The position numbers and the translations under genes were made by a program. 64,000 bases of DNA from Cladosporium halotolerans (Eukaryota), in NCBI RefSeq assembly GCF_011745625.1, contig NW_027191460.1, forward strand, positions 620,001 to 684,000. Reading direction: 5' to 3'. This document shows, in pieces, positions 11,589-22,747 of this stretch (position 1 is its first letter; the number at the start of each line of letters is the position of its first letter). The notes beneath the pieces were generated by a model. It was given only the letters and a program-made list of their open reading frames with translations. It was not told the origin of the DNA and searched no databases.

Positions 11589-12985
11589 ATGCCCGCGATT
11601 CTCGAGGACGAAATGCCGGGTGCTATGGCCGACGGTGGAAGCGTGGCGACGCTGCCGTTCCCGCCGGTTACCAAGAAGCATATCATGAACTGCTCGTATC
11701 ACTCGTGGCATCCTAGGTATGTGCATACATAGACTTGAATGAGGTGACTGCCTGATACTTACGTCCTAACAGATACCGCACCGTCACCCCCAAAGCCCGC
11801 CTCGTGCCTCTGACAAAGCCTTTCCTCGACTACCTCCGCGCCGACGGCATCATCCTCCCCGACGACGACGAGCCCACCGACGACCCGGAATGGTCAGACG
11901 ACAGCGGCATCTTCTCTGCCTCAGAAGCGCGCGACAACGGGCAAGAATCCGACGACGAGCAGGAGGACGTCGCAGCCGGGTGGAGAGACGTGCACGCCGC
12001 GGTGCAGGACACGATCGAGACGCTGGGCGGCCGAGTCATGCCGAAACTAAACTGGTCCGCGCCGAAGGACGCGACCTGGATGAACGCGAACAGCATGGAC
12101 TGCCGCACGGCCAACGACGTCTACCTGCTGCTGAAGAGCTCGGACTTCGTCACGCACGACCTCGAGCACGCCTTCGACGACACGGAGGCCGGCGAGGGGC
12201 CTGAAGCGGAGCTCACGAACGACACGATCCCTTACCACCTCGTGCTCCGCAAGGCCTTCGAAATGAACCCCTCGGTCGAGTTCCGGTGCTTCGTGCGACA
12301 CCGCAGGCTCATCGCCATCTCGCAGCGCGACCTCAACCACTTCGATTTTCTCTTTCAGCTGCAGGACAAGCTGCAGTCGAGGATCCAGGAGTTCTTCGAC
12401 GTGAGGTTGAGGGATACGTTTCCCGATGAGAATTTCGTCTTCGACGTTTATGTCCCCACGCCGTACGAGCGGGTCTGGTTGGTCGATGTTAATCCCTGGG
12501 CGCCGAGGACGGATCCCCTGCTGTTTAGCTGGTTGGAGCTTTTGACGATGGACGAGCCGCCGGCCGAGCTGCCGGAGGAGGAGACTGTGCGCATTTCGAT
12601 CCGGTTTGGGGGTGCTGCGAACGGAGAGACGAAGGGAGAGACAGGCGGAGACACGAACGGAAGTTCGGCAGTGGAGGTTTCTACTCAAGACGAGAAGGAT
12701 GGGGAGGGCATGACACGCGAGGAGGGCGAGAACGACGACGGCTCGGACAGCGAGTCGGACGTTGACGAGGAAATATGGAAACCCGAGTTCCGGCTGGTCA
12801 GGAAGAGCGATCCCGAGGCCTACAGCTTCAGCACTCCACAGTACAGCGCGCACAAGATGCCCAAGGATGTCGTGGATGCGAGCGCGAGTGGGGAGGGGCT
12901 GCGCGAGTTTGCGCGTGATTGGCGAGAGATCCTGGAGAAGCGACAGAGGGAGGACGCCGCGGAGGAGAGCAGCGAGGATGAGTGA
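11589..12985 (+). CDS. CDC123: Cell division cycle protein 123 (D123 ATP-grasp protein, eIF2 assembly)
   Basis: Exon 11589-11716, intron 11717-11772 (GTATGT...CTAACAG), exon 11773-12985. Motifs 'NCSYHSWHP', '[13 protein letters not shown]', 'YLLLKSSDF', 'EFRCFV' and 'LVDVNPW'. Confidence 0.95.
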
Positions 12986-13581
12986 GTGAGCGATTGATTG
13001 AATGGGTGGCAGGCGAGATTGCGCCAGCGCTTCGAGAAGGTCCGCCGGGTCAGCTTTCCGAGCCCCAAACGGCGGTTGACGGGGCGGTTCATCAACGTCG
13101 AACGGGCAGGGCGGAGTGGGTGGGCATGACCGGCCATGACTGGCCGTGCGGGCGGTGCGACTCGCTCATCAGCCTCGCGTGCTTCGCTGCCATGCGACGC
13201 CGAACCGTTTCAAGCCCGGACGCGGCGGCGGCTAATCACCGCGGCTCGTCCCGCAACGCGGCCCGCTCGCTAATCCCGGTGGCTTTCATTAGCCGGTGGA
13301 TACTTGCTCATTCAGTCTCGCGCGCGACCCACGCCCGCATCAAAGGCGTAAGTAGGCAGCCTCGGCCGGCTTGGGCGATGCCTCTCGCTCAGCATCTGGA
13401 CGCCGGTCGTTACCGTAACTTGCTCACTGCACTTGGCGGTGTTGTTGCTTGCACGTCTACTTCATCCGCGGGGCGGCTTCGTTACACTCTCTCGGGATTG
13501 CATTCTTTGTCACGCACGCACGTCTTCACGTCCGTCTTCTCTTCGACTACCTCAGGTACCACACGCATTGGCTGGCCCAAT

Positions 13582-15523
13582 ATGGCGACTCTCAACCCCC
13601 GCCACAGCTCCATGGAGATGCCTGAGAACGGCTACATGGTGTATCATTGGGGTTACGGAAACGAAGTCTTGCCTTGCGAGTCTGACCAAACTACTTGCGA
13701 GTACCTTGATGGTGTTTATAAAATGCACGATGTTTCCATGACATACTCGTTCATCATGTGGGGGGTCTTGCTTGGGATTGCTGTCGTTTGGGTCGCTCTT
13801 CGGGGTTGGCGAATGGGTGGTCCCTCGCAGAAGGTTGGAGGTGTCATTGATGGCTTGTGTGATCGTCTTGGACGAATGAGGAGGAGGTGGTTGTTGAAAG
13901 ACACTCCATTGAGATCGCTTTTTGGGCGGACGACGAGACTGCAGGTTGCAATTTTGGCCATCATGTCGGGATATCTCCTGATCTTCTCGTAAGTCGTCCT
14001 TCGACCCGAATCACACCATTCACAATTCTAACAGTACTTGCAGATTCACTGGCATCATCTGGAAACGATGGCACAACGACAATCCCAGCACGTCCAAAAC
14101 TCGAACACCTCTCGGTTGGTGGTCCGACCGCGTTGGTATTCTTGCATACGCTTTGACGCCCTTGACTGTTCTCTTGGCAACCCGCGAAAACCTCTTGACC
14201 ATCCTTACCGGCATTCCATACCAACACTTCAACTTCCTACACCGATGGCTTGGCCGCATCATCTTCGCCCAGGCCATGCTGCACACGATCGGCTGGACCG
14301 TCGTCGAGGCGTACTTCTACCAACCAGCATCTGTCTACAGGATCTTCTTCACCAACATGTACGCCATTTTCGGAGTCGTCGCTACGGCTATCATCTGCTT
14401 CCTGTTCGTCTTCAGTCTGAAACCTGTCATTCGATGGACTGGATATGAATTCTTCAAGGTTACCCATTGGGTTGCCGCGATCCTCTACATCGGTGCTTGC
14501 TGGGGTCATTGGGATAAACTTTACTGCTGGATGGTCGCCAGTCTCATCTTGATGTTCCTCGACCAGGGAGCTCGTTTCGTCAGGACTTGCTACCTGCACT
14601 TTGGTGGCACCAAGGGTGTTGGGTTCCGTCGCGCAATATCGGAAGTCCAGATCATTGGCGAGGGTGACGATGTCATTGTTCGAGTGGACTTTGATTTCGA
14701 ACAAGAAGCCTGGGAGCCTGGTCAGCATTTCTACCTGTGCTTCCCCAGTCTCAGCATCTGGCAGTCTCACCCTTTCACCGTTGCTTCCATGCCCGACTTC
14801 TCTAGCAAGGTCCAACATCACACCTACCTCCTCCGCGCTCGTAAAGGCCAGACCGCCCAGCTCGCCGCTCTCGCCGGTCAGACCGACGTACCCGTCATCA
14901 TAACCGGACCCTACGGACCCGGTTACCCCAAGCACACCACCGACAACGTCCTCGCCGTCGCCGGCGGCACCGGCGTGACCTTCACCATGCCCATCGTCAT
15001 CGCCTCCCTCCGCCAAATGATCGTCCCTCAAGCCACCGTTGACTTCGTCTGGGTCATCCGCCGCGCCCAGGACCTCCTCTGGCTCAACAAGGAATTCGTC
15101 GAGTTCAAGGAGATGCTCGAGAAGAACCCCGGCCTCCGCATCAGCATCTTCGTCACCCGCGAGGACCAACCTCACATCCCCTTCTGCTGCAACAGGCCCA
15201 GCAAGCAGTTCGTGAAGGACAGCGATCCCGAGAAGGGACCGACTACGCAGGTCTCGTCTCGCTCGTCAGAGACTTCCAACCGCGCCACACTGCAGGAGCT
15301 TCTCGCTATCGACCAGGATCGCTTTTCCGTTCAGTTGCTGGGCAGTCATCATCCGACCATGCCGGCCGTCGTGACGTCTTTCATGGAGCGCGCCAACAAG
15401 CGCGGAGGCTACATTCAGGTCCTGGGCAGTGGGCCGGATGCCATGGGCAGTGATCTGCGCGAGGCGATCGCGAAGGTCGAGGAGAGGGATGGGTTGGACT
15501 TTTATTGGGATTCTAGAGAGTAG
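13582..15523 (+). CDS. Ferric/cupric reductase transmembrane component (FRE family)
   Basis: Exon 13582-13988, intron 13989-14043 (GTAAGT...CTAAC...CAG), exon 14044-15523. Heme-ligand His in 'FLHRWLGR', FAD-binding 'HPFT', NADPH-binding 'GPYG' and 'AGGTG'. Confidence 0.92.
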
Positions 15524-15680
15524 ATGGCGTGGAAGCATTGCATTGCGTTGCGCTTGCATGGTGTGGATAGATACCCGATTGAGAGTTTTGTTTTTAGCGT
15601 TATGACATGGAAAAATCATAGAAATGATCACGATCTCCAACTATCCCCTCGTACAGTCTCAACAGCGAGATGATGAACAC

Positions 15681-16193
15681 CTATCCCTCAATCAACCCCG
15701 GCAACTCCCCAACGATAAACTCCACCACCGCGTCCGGGCCCCTCTCGACTTGCAGACCTTGAGGGAGAGCTAGCGTTTTGACGGCCGGGTTGATCGCGCG
15801 CGCGGCAGACATCACGGACGCGCTTTGCGAGGGACTCCACATCGAGGCTGTGAACTGCGATGCCAGCCATCGTTCGTCAGATCGGCGAGTCTGGATGGTT
15901 TGGGGAAAGGAAGGGAAAGGAGAAGGGAGCACGCACGACGATGTCCGGCTTGTGTTGCTCTAGGAGAGCGGGCGCTGCTTCGGGACCTGTGCGCGGGGTT
16001 CGGTTTCAGCGATGTTGCCCACGATGGGAGAGGGACTCGATGGGTGGGTGGGAGACGCACTCTCGGCGTTCGCGACGTGCCGGATCGTGTACTGCTCTTT
16101 GACCGTTTCGACCACGCGGCTTACGAGCCGGGTCGCGCGCTCGGGCGCGTTGTTTACGGTTAGGAGGGTGTAGGGGCCTTTTGGGGGGGACAT
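15681..16193 (-). CDS. Small (~118 aa) fungal protein of unknown function
   Basis: Three exons (16193-16061, 15986-15937, 15854-15681) joined by GTGCGT...CAG introns give a continuous frame: MSPPKGPYTLLTVNNAPERATRLV...HVANAESPEAAPALLEQHKPDIVFTASMWS...LPQGLQVERGPDAVVEFIVGELPGLIEG. Confidence 0.8.
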
Positions 16194-16280
16194 TTTTGCT
16201 GTGGATGGGGACGGGGGAGGGGGGTGGGATTGCTATGGGACGGAGTGTCGTCTATGTATACGTGTATTGGGGTGTGTAGG

Positions 16281-16535
16281 TTAGGGCTGTTCGCCGTCTT
16301 CGGCGCGGATCCAGAAGGGATGGTGGTGGCGGATGGGGGCCGGGTTAGTGTTCATCCGGGGATTGGGTGGAAGGGTCCGACAGAGGTTTTGGGCAGGTTT
16401 CTTATCACTCTCTAGGACCACGACGCGCTCCTCCAGCTTCTCGGCCATCTGTTCAAGCTCGTGTTGTCTCTGATCCCAGAAGCCAGGGTCGTCGGGCACG
16501 TTAGGGTTGGTAGGTCTCGGCGATGGAGGGGCCAT
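16281..16535 (-). CDS. Possible small orphan ORF (84 aa)
   Basis: ATG-initiated ORF with C/G-ending codon bias and a short coiled-coil-like stretch (QHELEQMAEKLEERVV); no recognisable domain. Confidence 0.3.
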   Translation of the reverse strand: MAPPSPRPTNPNVPDDPGFWDQRQHELEQMAEKLEERVVVLESDKKPAQNLCRTLPPNPRMNTNPAPIRHHHPFWIRAEDGEQP

Positions 16536-16825
16536 TACGAATGACGCAACCAGGTCGAGGCTTAGAGGGTGATAACAGTCGACCGAGATTGTGTAAAGTC
16601 TGATTTAGTGATGTTTGATAGAGTCGCCCGTGAGGTCTGAATAGAGTTATTAAAGGTGTGAGAAATTTGTTAGAGGTGTGAGAAATAAGAACGGAGAGTG
16701 AGGTTTCATAACCAGAAGTGAACGACTTCAAACGAAGTTGTGCAAACGCCCATTGATAGCGCGCTTAGTCACTAATAACACAAAGAAATATGAGTTTTCA
16801 AGAGGGGTTATACCCATAGCGCTTG

Positions 16826-16916
16826 GGGTGCTTGGCGCAATGGTAGCGCGTCAGTTTTCGGTATAACATCAATTGCCAATCACTGAAGGCTGTGGGTTCG
16901 AGTCCCATGGTGCTCG
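16826..16916 (+). tRNA. tRNA-Arg(TCG) with 19-nt intron
   Basis: A box TGGCGCAATGG, D-stem GCGC/GCGC, anticodon stem TCAGT/ACTGA with TCG at 16858-16860, intron 16862-16880, T-arm GTGGG-TTCGAGT-CCCAT, and a T5 Pol III terminator at 16922-16926. Confidence 0.85.
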
Positions 16917-17099
16917 CCAGCTTTTTGCGTGTTTATGGTGACAACATAAGCCTCACATGCGCCATTTTTGAAAGCTCGACGGGCGAAGCTTTGCAAAAGC
17001 GAGCTCTGACTTTTTAGGTAGTGAAGATACATTGACAAATCTTATAATGAACCATGAGCTGATGTGCTACGTGAATGCATAACTAGCAGTGGCTCTACA

Positions 17100-17490
17100 G
17101 GCTATCTCCTTGGGTCCGCGCGATGATTGAACGATGGTGCTGATGGTAGCACCACATTTTGAACCAGACTCTAGGAGAGCGTAGAGAAGGGACCACGACA
17201 GGTCTGAGATCTATCTATCGCTAGTTATATGCAAAGGCAGCTATTATTCTCGTTTTTGACATCTCACTTTCCCGATTCTGGGGTCTTTCGAAGCTTTTCG
17301 AAATACGGGACTCTCTCGTTTGAAACTGATTTGAAAACGGTGGGAGGCGACGGTAGTACCCTGCATCATTCTGATCACTCGGAGAAACAACAACCTCTGC
17401 ATATCCAGGTCTTGTCTAACTCTCGGGGGAAGATGTGATTTTGAAACGACGCGCGCGATGACCGCACCTCACATTCTCCGATATGTTGGG
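17100..17490 (+). repeat. Degenerate ~100-bp repeat array (family copy 1)
   Basis: Cores GATGGTAGCACC (17142), GACGGTAGTACC (17349) and GATGACCGCACC (17457); spacings 207 and 108. Confidence 0.6.
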
Positions 17491-18064
17491 GGTTGCAGAC
17501 GAGAACGTGTAGCGCTACATAGGCCGGAAACCCGCGAAATTCCCATTAACCACGAGTCCTCGATTTCGTCTCTCAGCCTGTACATTAGGCGTATGTAGTG
17601 ACAAGATGCGGACGTGACGTGCGGAGGTTGCTGCGCGATTGAGTGCAGATAAGCTTAATTCAACCCTAACCCTAATTTTCCAAGCCTTATGTCGACCACT
17701 CTATGTACGATGCCCGCGAGCAGAACCACGTAAAAAGGGAGAATACAAATAACGGCTAACTGGTATAACTTTTTGAATCGTGGTGTAGATTCAGAACTTG
17801 GTAATGTTCTCCGGGAAGCCCGTATCATCGCTTTTCCCATAAACCTCGATTACATTCTGGGCAGAGACGATGAGGTGTCGAGAGCTTCGCTGTACCTCCA
17901 GTGGGAGGTAATCCTTCAGAACTTCAACAGTCAGAGAGCTGCTTATTAGGTTCAATAAGTCTGTGACAGACCAGGATCGATAACAACGCGAGCCGACTCT
18001 CACTTTGTGAGGTTTACATACGGCAAGCTGATCGGGAGGTTCGGAAATCGACGATTTCGACATT

Positions 18065-18171
18065 GGTTTTATAATGTAGCGGTTAGCACTTCGGATTCTG
18101 ATTATACCCTCCTCCTCATGAGCGAGCATACCTGACTTCCGGCAACCCCGGTTCGATTCCGGGTAAGACCT
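18065..18171 (+). tRNA. tRNA-Gln(CTG) with ~35-nt intron
   Basis: Acceptor GGTTTTA/TAAGACC, anticodon stem TCGGA/TCCGG with CTG at 18098-18100, intron ~18102-18136, T-arm CCCGG-TTCGATT-CCGGG, followed by T-runs. Confidence 0.9.
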
Positions 18172-18569
18172 TTCGTTTTGTCCTACGTGGCTGTTCTTTT
18201 GCCAGTTGGACGAGGATAATCAGAAGAGGGGGCATGGGGGCGATATGTGGAATCGAGTCAGGACAAGCTTCTGAGGGCGGCGCTAACCTACTGATGGAGG
18301 CAGCAACATGCATGCAAGATACTTCGGGAGATTGATCCAAATTGTTCACTGACGATGATACTAGTGTACGGAGTAAGAGCACACGCATGTGTTGCCGGGG
18401 GCGAAAGTGAACGGATGAAGCACACGCGTCGCAAAGCCGAGATTCACTTCCCACCGATCATCGATCAGATACCAGGATCGGACGTCTCGTAATGACTGCA
18501 CCTGTCGATACTGAGAAGCAGATACTGTAGGCAACGCCAGTGACACCCAACCCCGAGCAACCCCCGACT

Positions 18570-19620
18570 TCACTCCCCCAAAAACCCCTCCACCAACCGA
18601 TGGAACTCTTCCGGCTTCTCCCAATAACACCAATGCCCACCCCAGCCCACAACCACCCCCTTCGCCCTGCTCCCTCCCTGACCCCCATTGACAAGCTCAA
18701 CAACATGCATCGGCCCCTCAGCCGGAAAACACCCGCTCCTCTCGCTCGCCACAACCAACACTTTCACCTTACTACCGCTCTTACCCCCAAAGTTAAACCG
18801 AATCGAACTCCTCCAATCATTCGCCGTATGATCCGCCATCAGCTTCCCATACCACCACGCATCGCCCTTCAGCGCCTCGCCAAGAAAGAACGCCTCGTCC
18901 GCTTTCCACTCTTCCGACTCCGGCCCCGGGTCGCCCGCCACGGGGTGCGATCTGTACCCCAAGCAGGAGGCGATCGTCCCGCGGTGCGCGGCGGCGGCGT
19001 CGGTGGCGAGGGTTTGTTGGAAGGAGGCGAGAGCGGCGGCGTCGTTCATGCCGCGGTTGCCGAAGGCGGGGCCCCAGTCTGAGAGGTAGTTTTGCAGGGG
19101 CGCTTGGTCGACGAAGATTAGGTGGGCGAAGATTCGGGGCGTGAAGAGTTCGGCGTAGGACCTGTGTTTGAGATGCGATTAGTGATCTGCTCACTTGAGT
19201 GGGTTTCGTCTTGTGGGTGTCTGTGGGTGGATCTTGAGTACCTACCAGAGAATCGCAGCGCCCAGACTTGCGCCGATGGCGTCGACCACGCCCGAGGAGC
19301 CGCGTTCTTCGAGACGCATGTGGTCGATGAGGTTCTTCAGGTCCATCGCCAGTCTGGCCACATGGTAGCCGGCTTTGGGCTTGTCGGAGGCTCCGTGGCC
19401 GCGAAGGTCGGGCACGAGGACGAAGTGGCGTTGTGAGAGGGCGGGGGTGTTGCGCTTGAAGACTTCGCCTGAGCCTGTGAAGCCGTGGAGCTGTTGGAGG
19501 TGTCAGCTCGTGGTTCGGATAGAGGAGGGGTGTGCGTACGAGGATCAAGGGAGGGTTTGATTCCGAGCCGAAGGTCGAGTAGTGGAGAGTTACGCCGTCG
19601 TTGGCTGTGAAAGACGGCAT
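18570..19620 (-). CDS. Alpha/beta hydrolase (non-heme chloroperoxidase/YdjP-like)
   Basis: Spliced frame MPSFTANDGVTLHY...PLIL|LHGFTGSG...PDLRGHGAS...IGASLGAAILW|SYAELF...GGHWCYWEKPEEF. Contains the HG oxyanion motif, G-x-S-x-G nucleophile and C-terminal catalytic His; two introns. Confidence 0.9.
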
Positions 19621-19966
19621 TATGAGGGGTTGTCCAGTAGTCGTCTTCTGGGAGCTTAGAATTACCAGGTCCGACAGGGGAACGTTTATTGAGGGGCACA
19701 GCTTCCAAACTGTCAAAAACTGGAAGCTTGTGAATCACGTAACTGACACGGCGACGGAACGTTGTCGATTGGCGTTGCGAATCTCCATCCCAAGACCCCG
19801 CGGCAAAGCCCCGCTGAGATCGACTTTTGAGAATACCATCACGATTTCAAAGACGGTTTTGATCACAGAACAGGTCAGAAAACAATGCACATTCTTGGAG
19901 TTTTCACACATATACGGAAGCAGTACTCCCATCTACAAAATTTCCACAGCCCCTCCCTCAACCTAT

Positions 19967-21757
19967 CTACAACTTACTCCCCTTCGCCCCCTTCCTCTTC
20001 CCCCTCTTAAGCGCCTCGTCAATAACCGCCATGGCTTCCACGAGCCTCCTCTCCTGCAACTTCGGCGCAACGACCTGCACGCTCAACACACTCCCCTTGT
20101 ACAGCTTCCTCTCCTCTTCTCCCCACAGCCCCCGATTGATCTTGTCCCACCCGTTCAGCGGCTCGCTGCTTCCGATCTCGCACGCCAGATCTTCCGCCGA
20201 CACGGACCGCACGGGGATGATGCCCGCCGGCAGGTCGAGCAGGTTGAAGGCTGCCGTGTAATTCACGTCGTTCCAGCGGTCCGTAGGAGGGATCGGGTGA
20301 GGGGCCGCAGGGCAGATGAAGACGTCGATTTCGCGGTCGATGGATTGCTTTCTCGACGACAGAGTGGTGCTGGAAGACGGATCGGCGACCCAGAAGCCAC
20401 CACTTTCGCGCCAGATGTCCAGTGAGCGGGTCTGCAGGTCGAGCTTCTGGCCTTGCAGTTTGGTGATTTCGGCGGCGGTCTTGGGCTCGCGGCGCCGGAT
20501 GCGGTCTTTTAGCCAAGGAGAGAGGGGCTCGGATTGCGCTTCGAGCAGGTCGAACCAGGTGTTTGTGCCGTCGATGCTGAAGAGGCCGTTCGAGGTTTTG
20601 ATGCATTTGTTGAGGAGGGAGGAGAGGTCGAGTTCGACGACTTCGATTGAGGTGAGGTGAGTGGAGGGTTGCAGCCGGAGGACTTTGGCTACTTCGTCGA
20701 GCATGCGTTGGACTGGGGGAAGGGGAGTTACGTGGCCGTCTGTGCGGACGATGCCGATGCGAAGTGGGTGTTGGTGTTTTCTCCTCGGGGAGGTGAGTTG
20801 GTTGTGGACTGAGGACTGCTGATCCCAGGCTTGAGGGATGACGTCTGGGTCGAAGAGCCAGGGTTGATTTTCACCGACAACACGCAGCAGCATCTCGCAG
20901 TCTCGAATACTGTGGGCAATCGGACCTGCAGTGACTTCAATGCCGAGTTTGCTACTGCCAGCGGGGAGACCGCCCTGCTGCCCGGCGTATGGTACACGGC
21001 CATGCGAAGGCTTGATGCCGTAGAGACCATTGCAAAGTGCCGGCACGCGGATGCTCCCTCCAACATCAGTGCCAATACCTAGAGGGCTTCCATGAAGACA
21101 TATGAGAGCTCCTTCTCCTCCGGAGCTACCGCCAGGTGTAAGGTCCTTGTGAGCAGGATTCCGAACACGGCCGAAGATGTTGTTGTGGCTATCTAATGCC
21201 ATCATGGTTTGTGGGATGTTGGTCTTGCAATATAATATTGCTCCCATCGAGAGTAGATGCTCAACGAGAGCGGAGTTGGTAGTGCTGGGTTTGAAGCACA
21301 AGGCTGCCACACCGAGGGATGCATCGTACCCCTTAATTTGGAAGGTGTCCTTGAGTGAGATGGGCAGGCCATGGAGTGGGCCGAAAGGCTTTCCAGTACG
21401 GTCGAAGTGGGCGTCGAGCTCTTTTGCACGAGCAATTGCATCGTCAAAGAGAATCTCGGTCAGACAGTTCGTGAGCTGCTGAGCGATGGCGGCACGTTTA
21501 CAGAACGCAGTTGCCACAGCCTCGCTGGTGAGATTACCGTTGGCCAATTCATCAACCAGCTCGGAGGCATCATATTCCTCGGTAATCTGAAGCTCAATAT
21601 CTGAGAGGCTACCGCTCTGGCGAGGGATCTGTAGGATGTTGCTTTTATCGAGATCGGTGGAGTCTGGGAGACGCCATGCTTCGGGGATGCGGTCAAGCTG
21701 CTCGGCCTTTTTGCGGGCGGCAATGTCACGCCAGGGCTCTAGCTCTTGCTGCTCCAT
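19967..21757 (-). CDS. Amidase-signature family enzyme (acetamidase/general amidase-like) with C-terminal SKL
   Basis: 'GPLHGLPISLKD', 'KTNIPQTMM', 'GGSSGGEGAL' and 'GTDVGGSIRVPA' (Lys-cisSer-Ser triad). Likely ATG at 21757 (MEQQELEPW); ends ...KGSKL. Confidence 0.93.
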   Translation of the reverse strand: MEQQELEPWRDIAARKKAEQLDRIPEAWRLPDSTDLDKSNILQIPRQSGSLSDIELQITEEYDASELVDELANGNLTSEAVATAFCKRAAIAQQLTNCLTEILFDDAIARAKELDAHFDRTGKPFGPLHGLPISLKDTFQIKGYDASLGVAALCFKPSTTNSALVEHLLSMGAILYCKTNIPQTMMALDSHNNIFGRVRNPAHKDLTPGGSSGGEGALICLHGSPLGIGTDVGGSIRVPALCNGLYGIKPSHGRVPYAGQQGGLPAGSSKLGIEVTAGPIAHSIRDCEMLLRVVGENQPWLFDPDVIPQAWDQQSSVHNQLTSPRRKHQHPLRIGIVRTDGHVTPLPPVQRMLDEVAKVLRLQPSTHLTSIEVVELDLSSLLNKCIKTSNGLFSIDGTNTWFDLLEAQSEPLSPWLKDRIRRREPKTAAEITKLQGQKLDLQTRSLDIWRESGGFWVADPSSSTTLSSRKQSIDREIDVFICPAAPHPIPPTDRWNDVNYTAAFNLLDLPAGIIPVRSVSAEDLACEIGSSEPLNGWDKINRGLWGEEERKLYKGSVLSVQVVAPKLQERRLVEAMAVIDEALKRGKRKGAKGSKL

Positions 21758-22747
21758 GGTTGCTTTGAGATGTTGCAGCGTTGTGAGATCAACCACCCCA
21801 AGACGGTGTCCGAGACTCCATGCCAATGGATAGCCGTGTCCGCACAGCTTTGGGTCGAGCCGAGGTTGGAGCAGCCGCGGCAAAGGGACCGTGCACGTGA
21901 CCGCCCCTCATCTCGCGCATGTCGCCTGTCTTGCAGCGTTGATGTGTCGACTCTTGATACGCCTACCTTACCTGACGACCATGTAATGCAGTGCAAGAGT
22001 GGCATCCACACCGTGTATCTCTTGTTAGCTGCCTCAAGGGTGAGGAGCACGGCGTTATGACGGAGCGCTAGGGAAGACGGCAAAGCATCCAGGCCAGCTC
22101 ACCGCTCAATGGAGATGTGCCGCGGATGCAAGGGCAGAGCAGTGGAGACTGTTGGAAGACAAGCTTTTGCTTGATGGCGACAAGGCGACCAGGACCTCCA
22201 AGGGCTAGACGATGTGGGAACGAGGTGGGAAGCAGCTAACGTGAAGGCCCCGCAGAGGGGCCAAACCTGCTTGCTTACAGGACTCACCTCCAAAGACGCA
22301 CACGCACACGCGCACGCATGCAGTGCTGGCTGCCGTCAACAATGCCGTGCGCCGTCCCGTAAACACCCTAACACCCCTCGACACAGCCCCGCGGCCTGTC
22401 GGCGCCAATGGCCTCACGTGTTGTCGGCGCGCTGCCGTTTGCCTGGCCTGATGATGGCGCGTAATGCTGATACTACTAGGGAGGTGGTGCGGTGCACACG
22501 CGGCGGTGGCGTAGAGCTGGTGAGTAGCTAGTTAGGAAGCAGCCACCCGTCATAGCTCGTGCCTGCATGTGAGGAAGCTCATCAATTGATCAGGCGAGCT
22601 CCAGCACTCACCACCTGCATTCACCGCGCCTGACCTTGCTTTCTTTCTTACCTCCTCCTCAGTCCGTTTTCCCCGCTCACACCACGAAACACCTCAGTTC
22701 TAAATTCCTACCTCGAATCGTACTGTCACCTACCGCTATCTACAACC

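Noticed and set aside
12982..13581. 200-codon N-terminal extension of the ferric reductase ORF
   Set aside because: Overlaps the CDC123 stop and covers its 3' UTR and the promoter; the translation is not protein-like, and ATG 13582 is the more plausible start.
17662..17675. AACCCTAACCCTAA telomere-like repeat or telomerase RNA template
   Set aside because: Only about two units, and no pseudoknot or other telomerase RNA element could be supported; compatible with chance.
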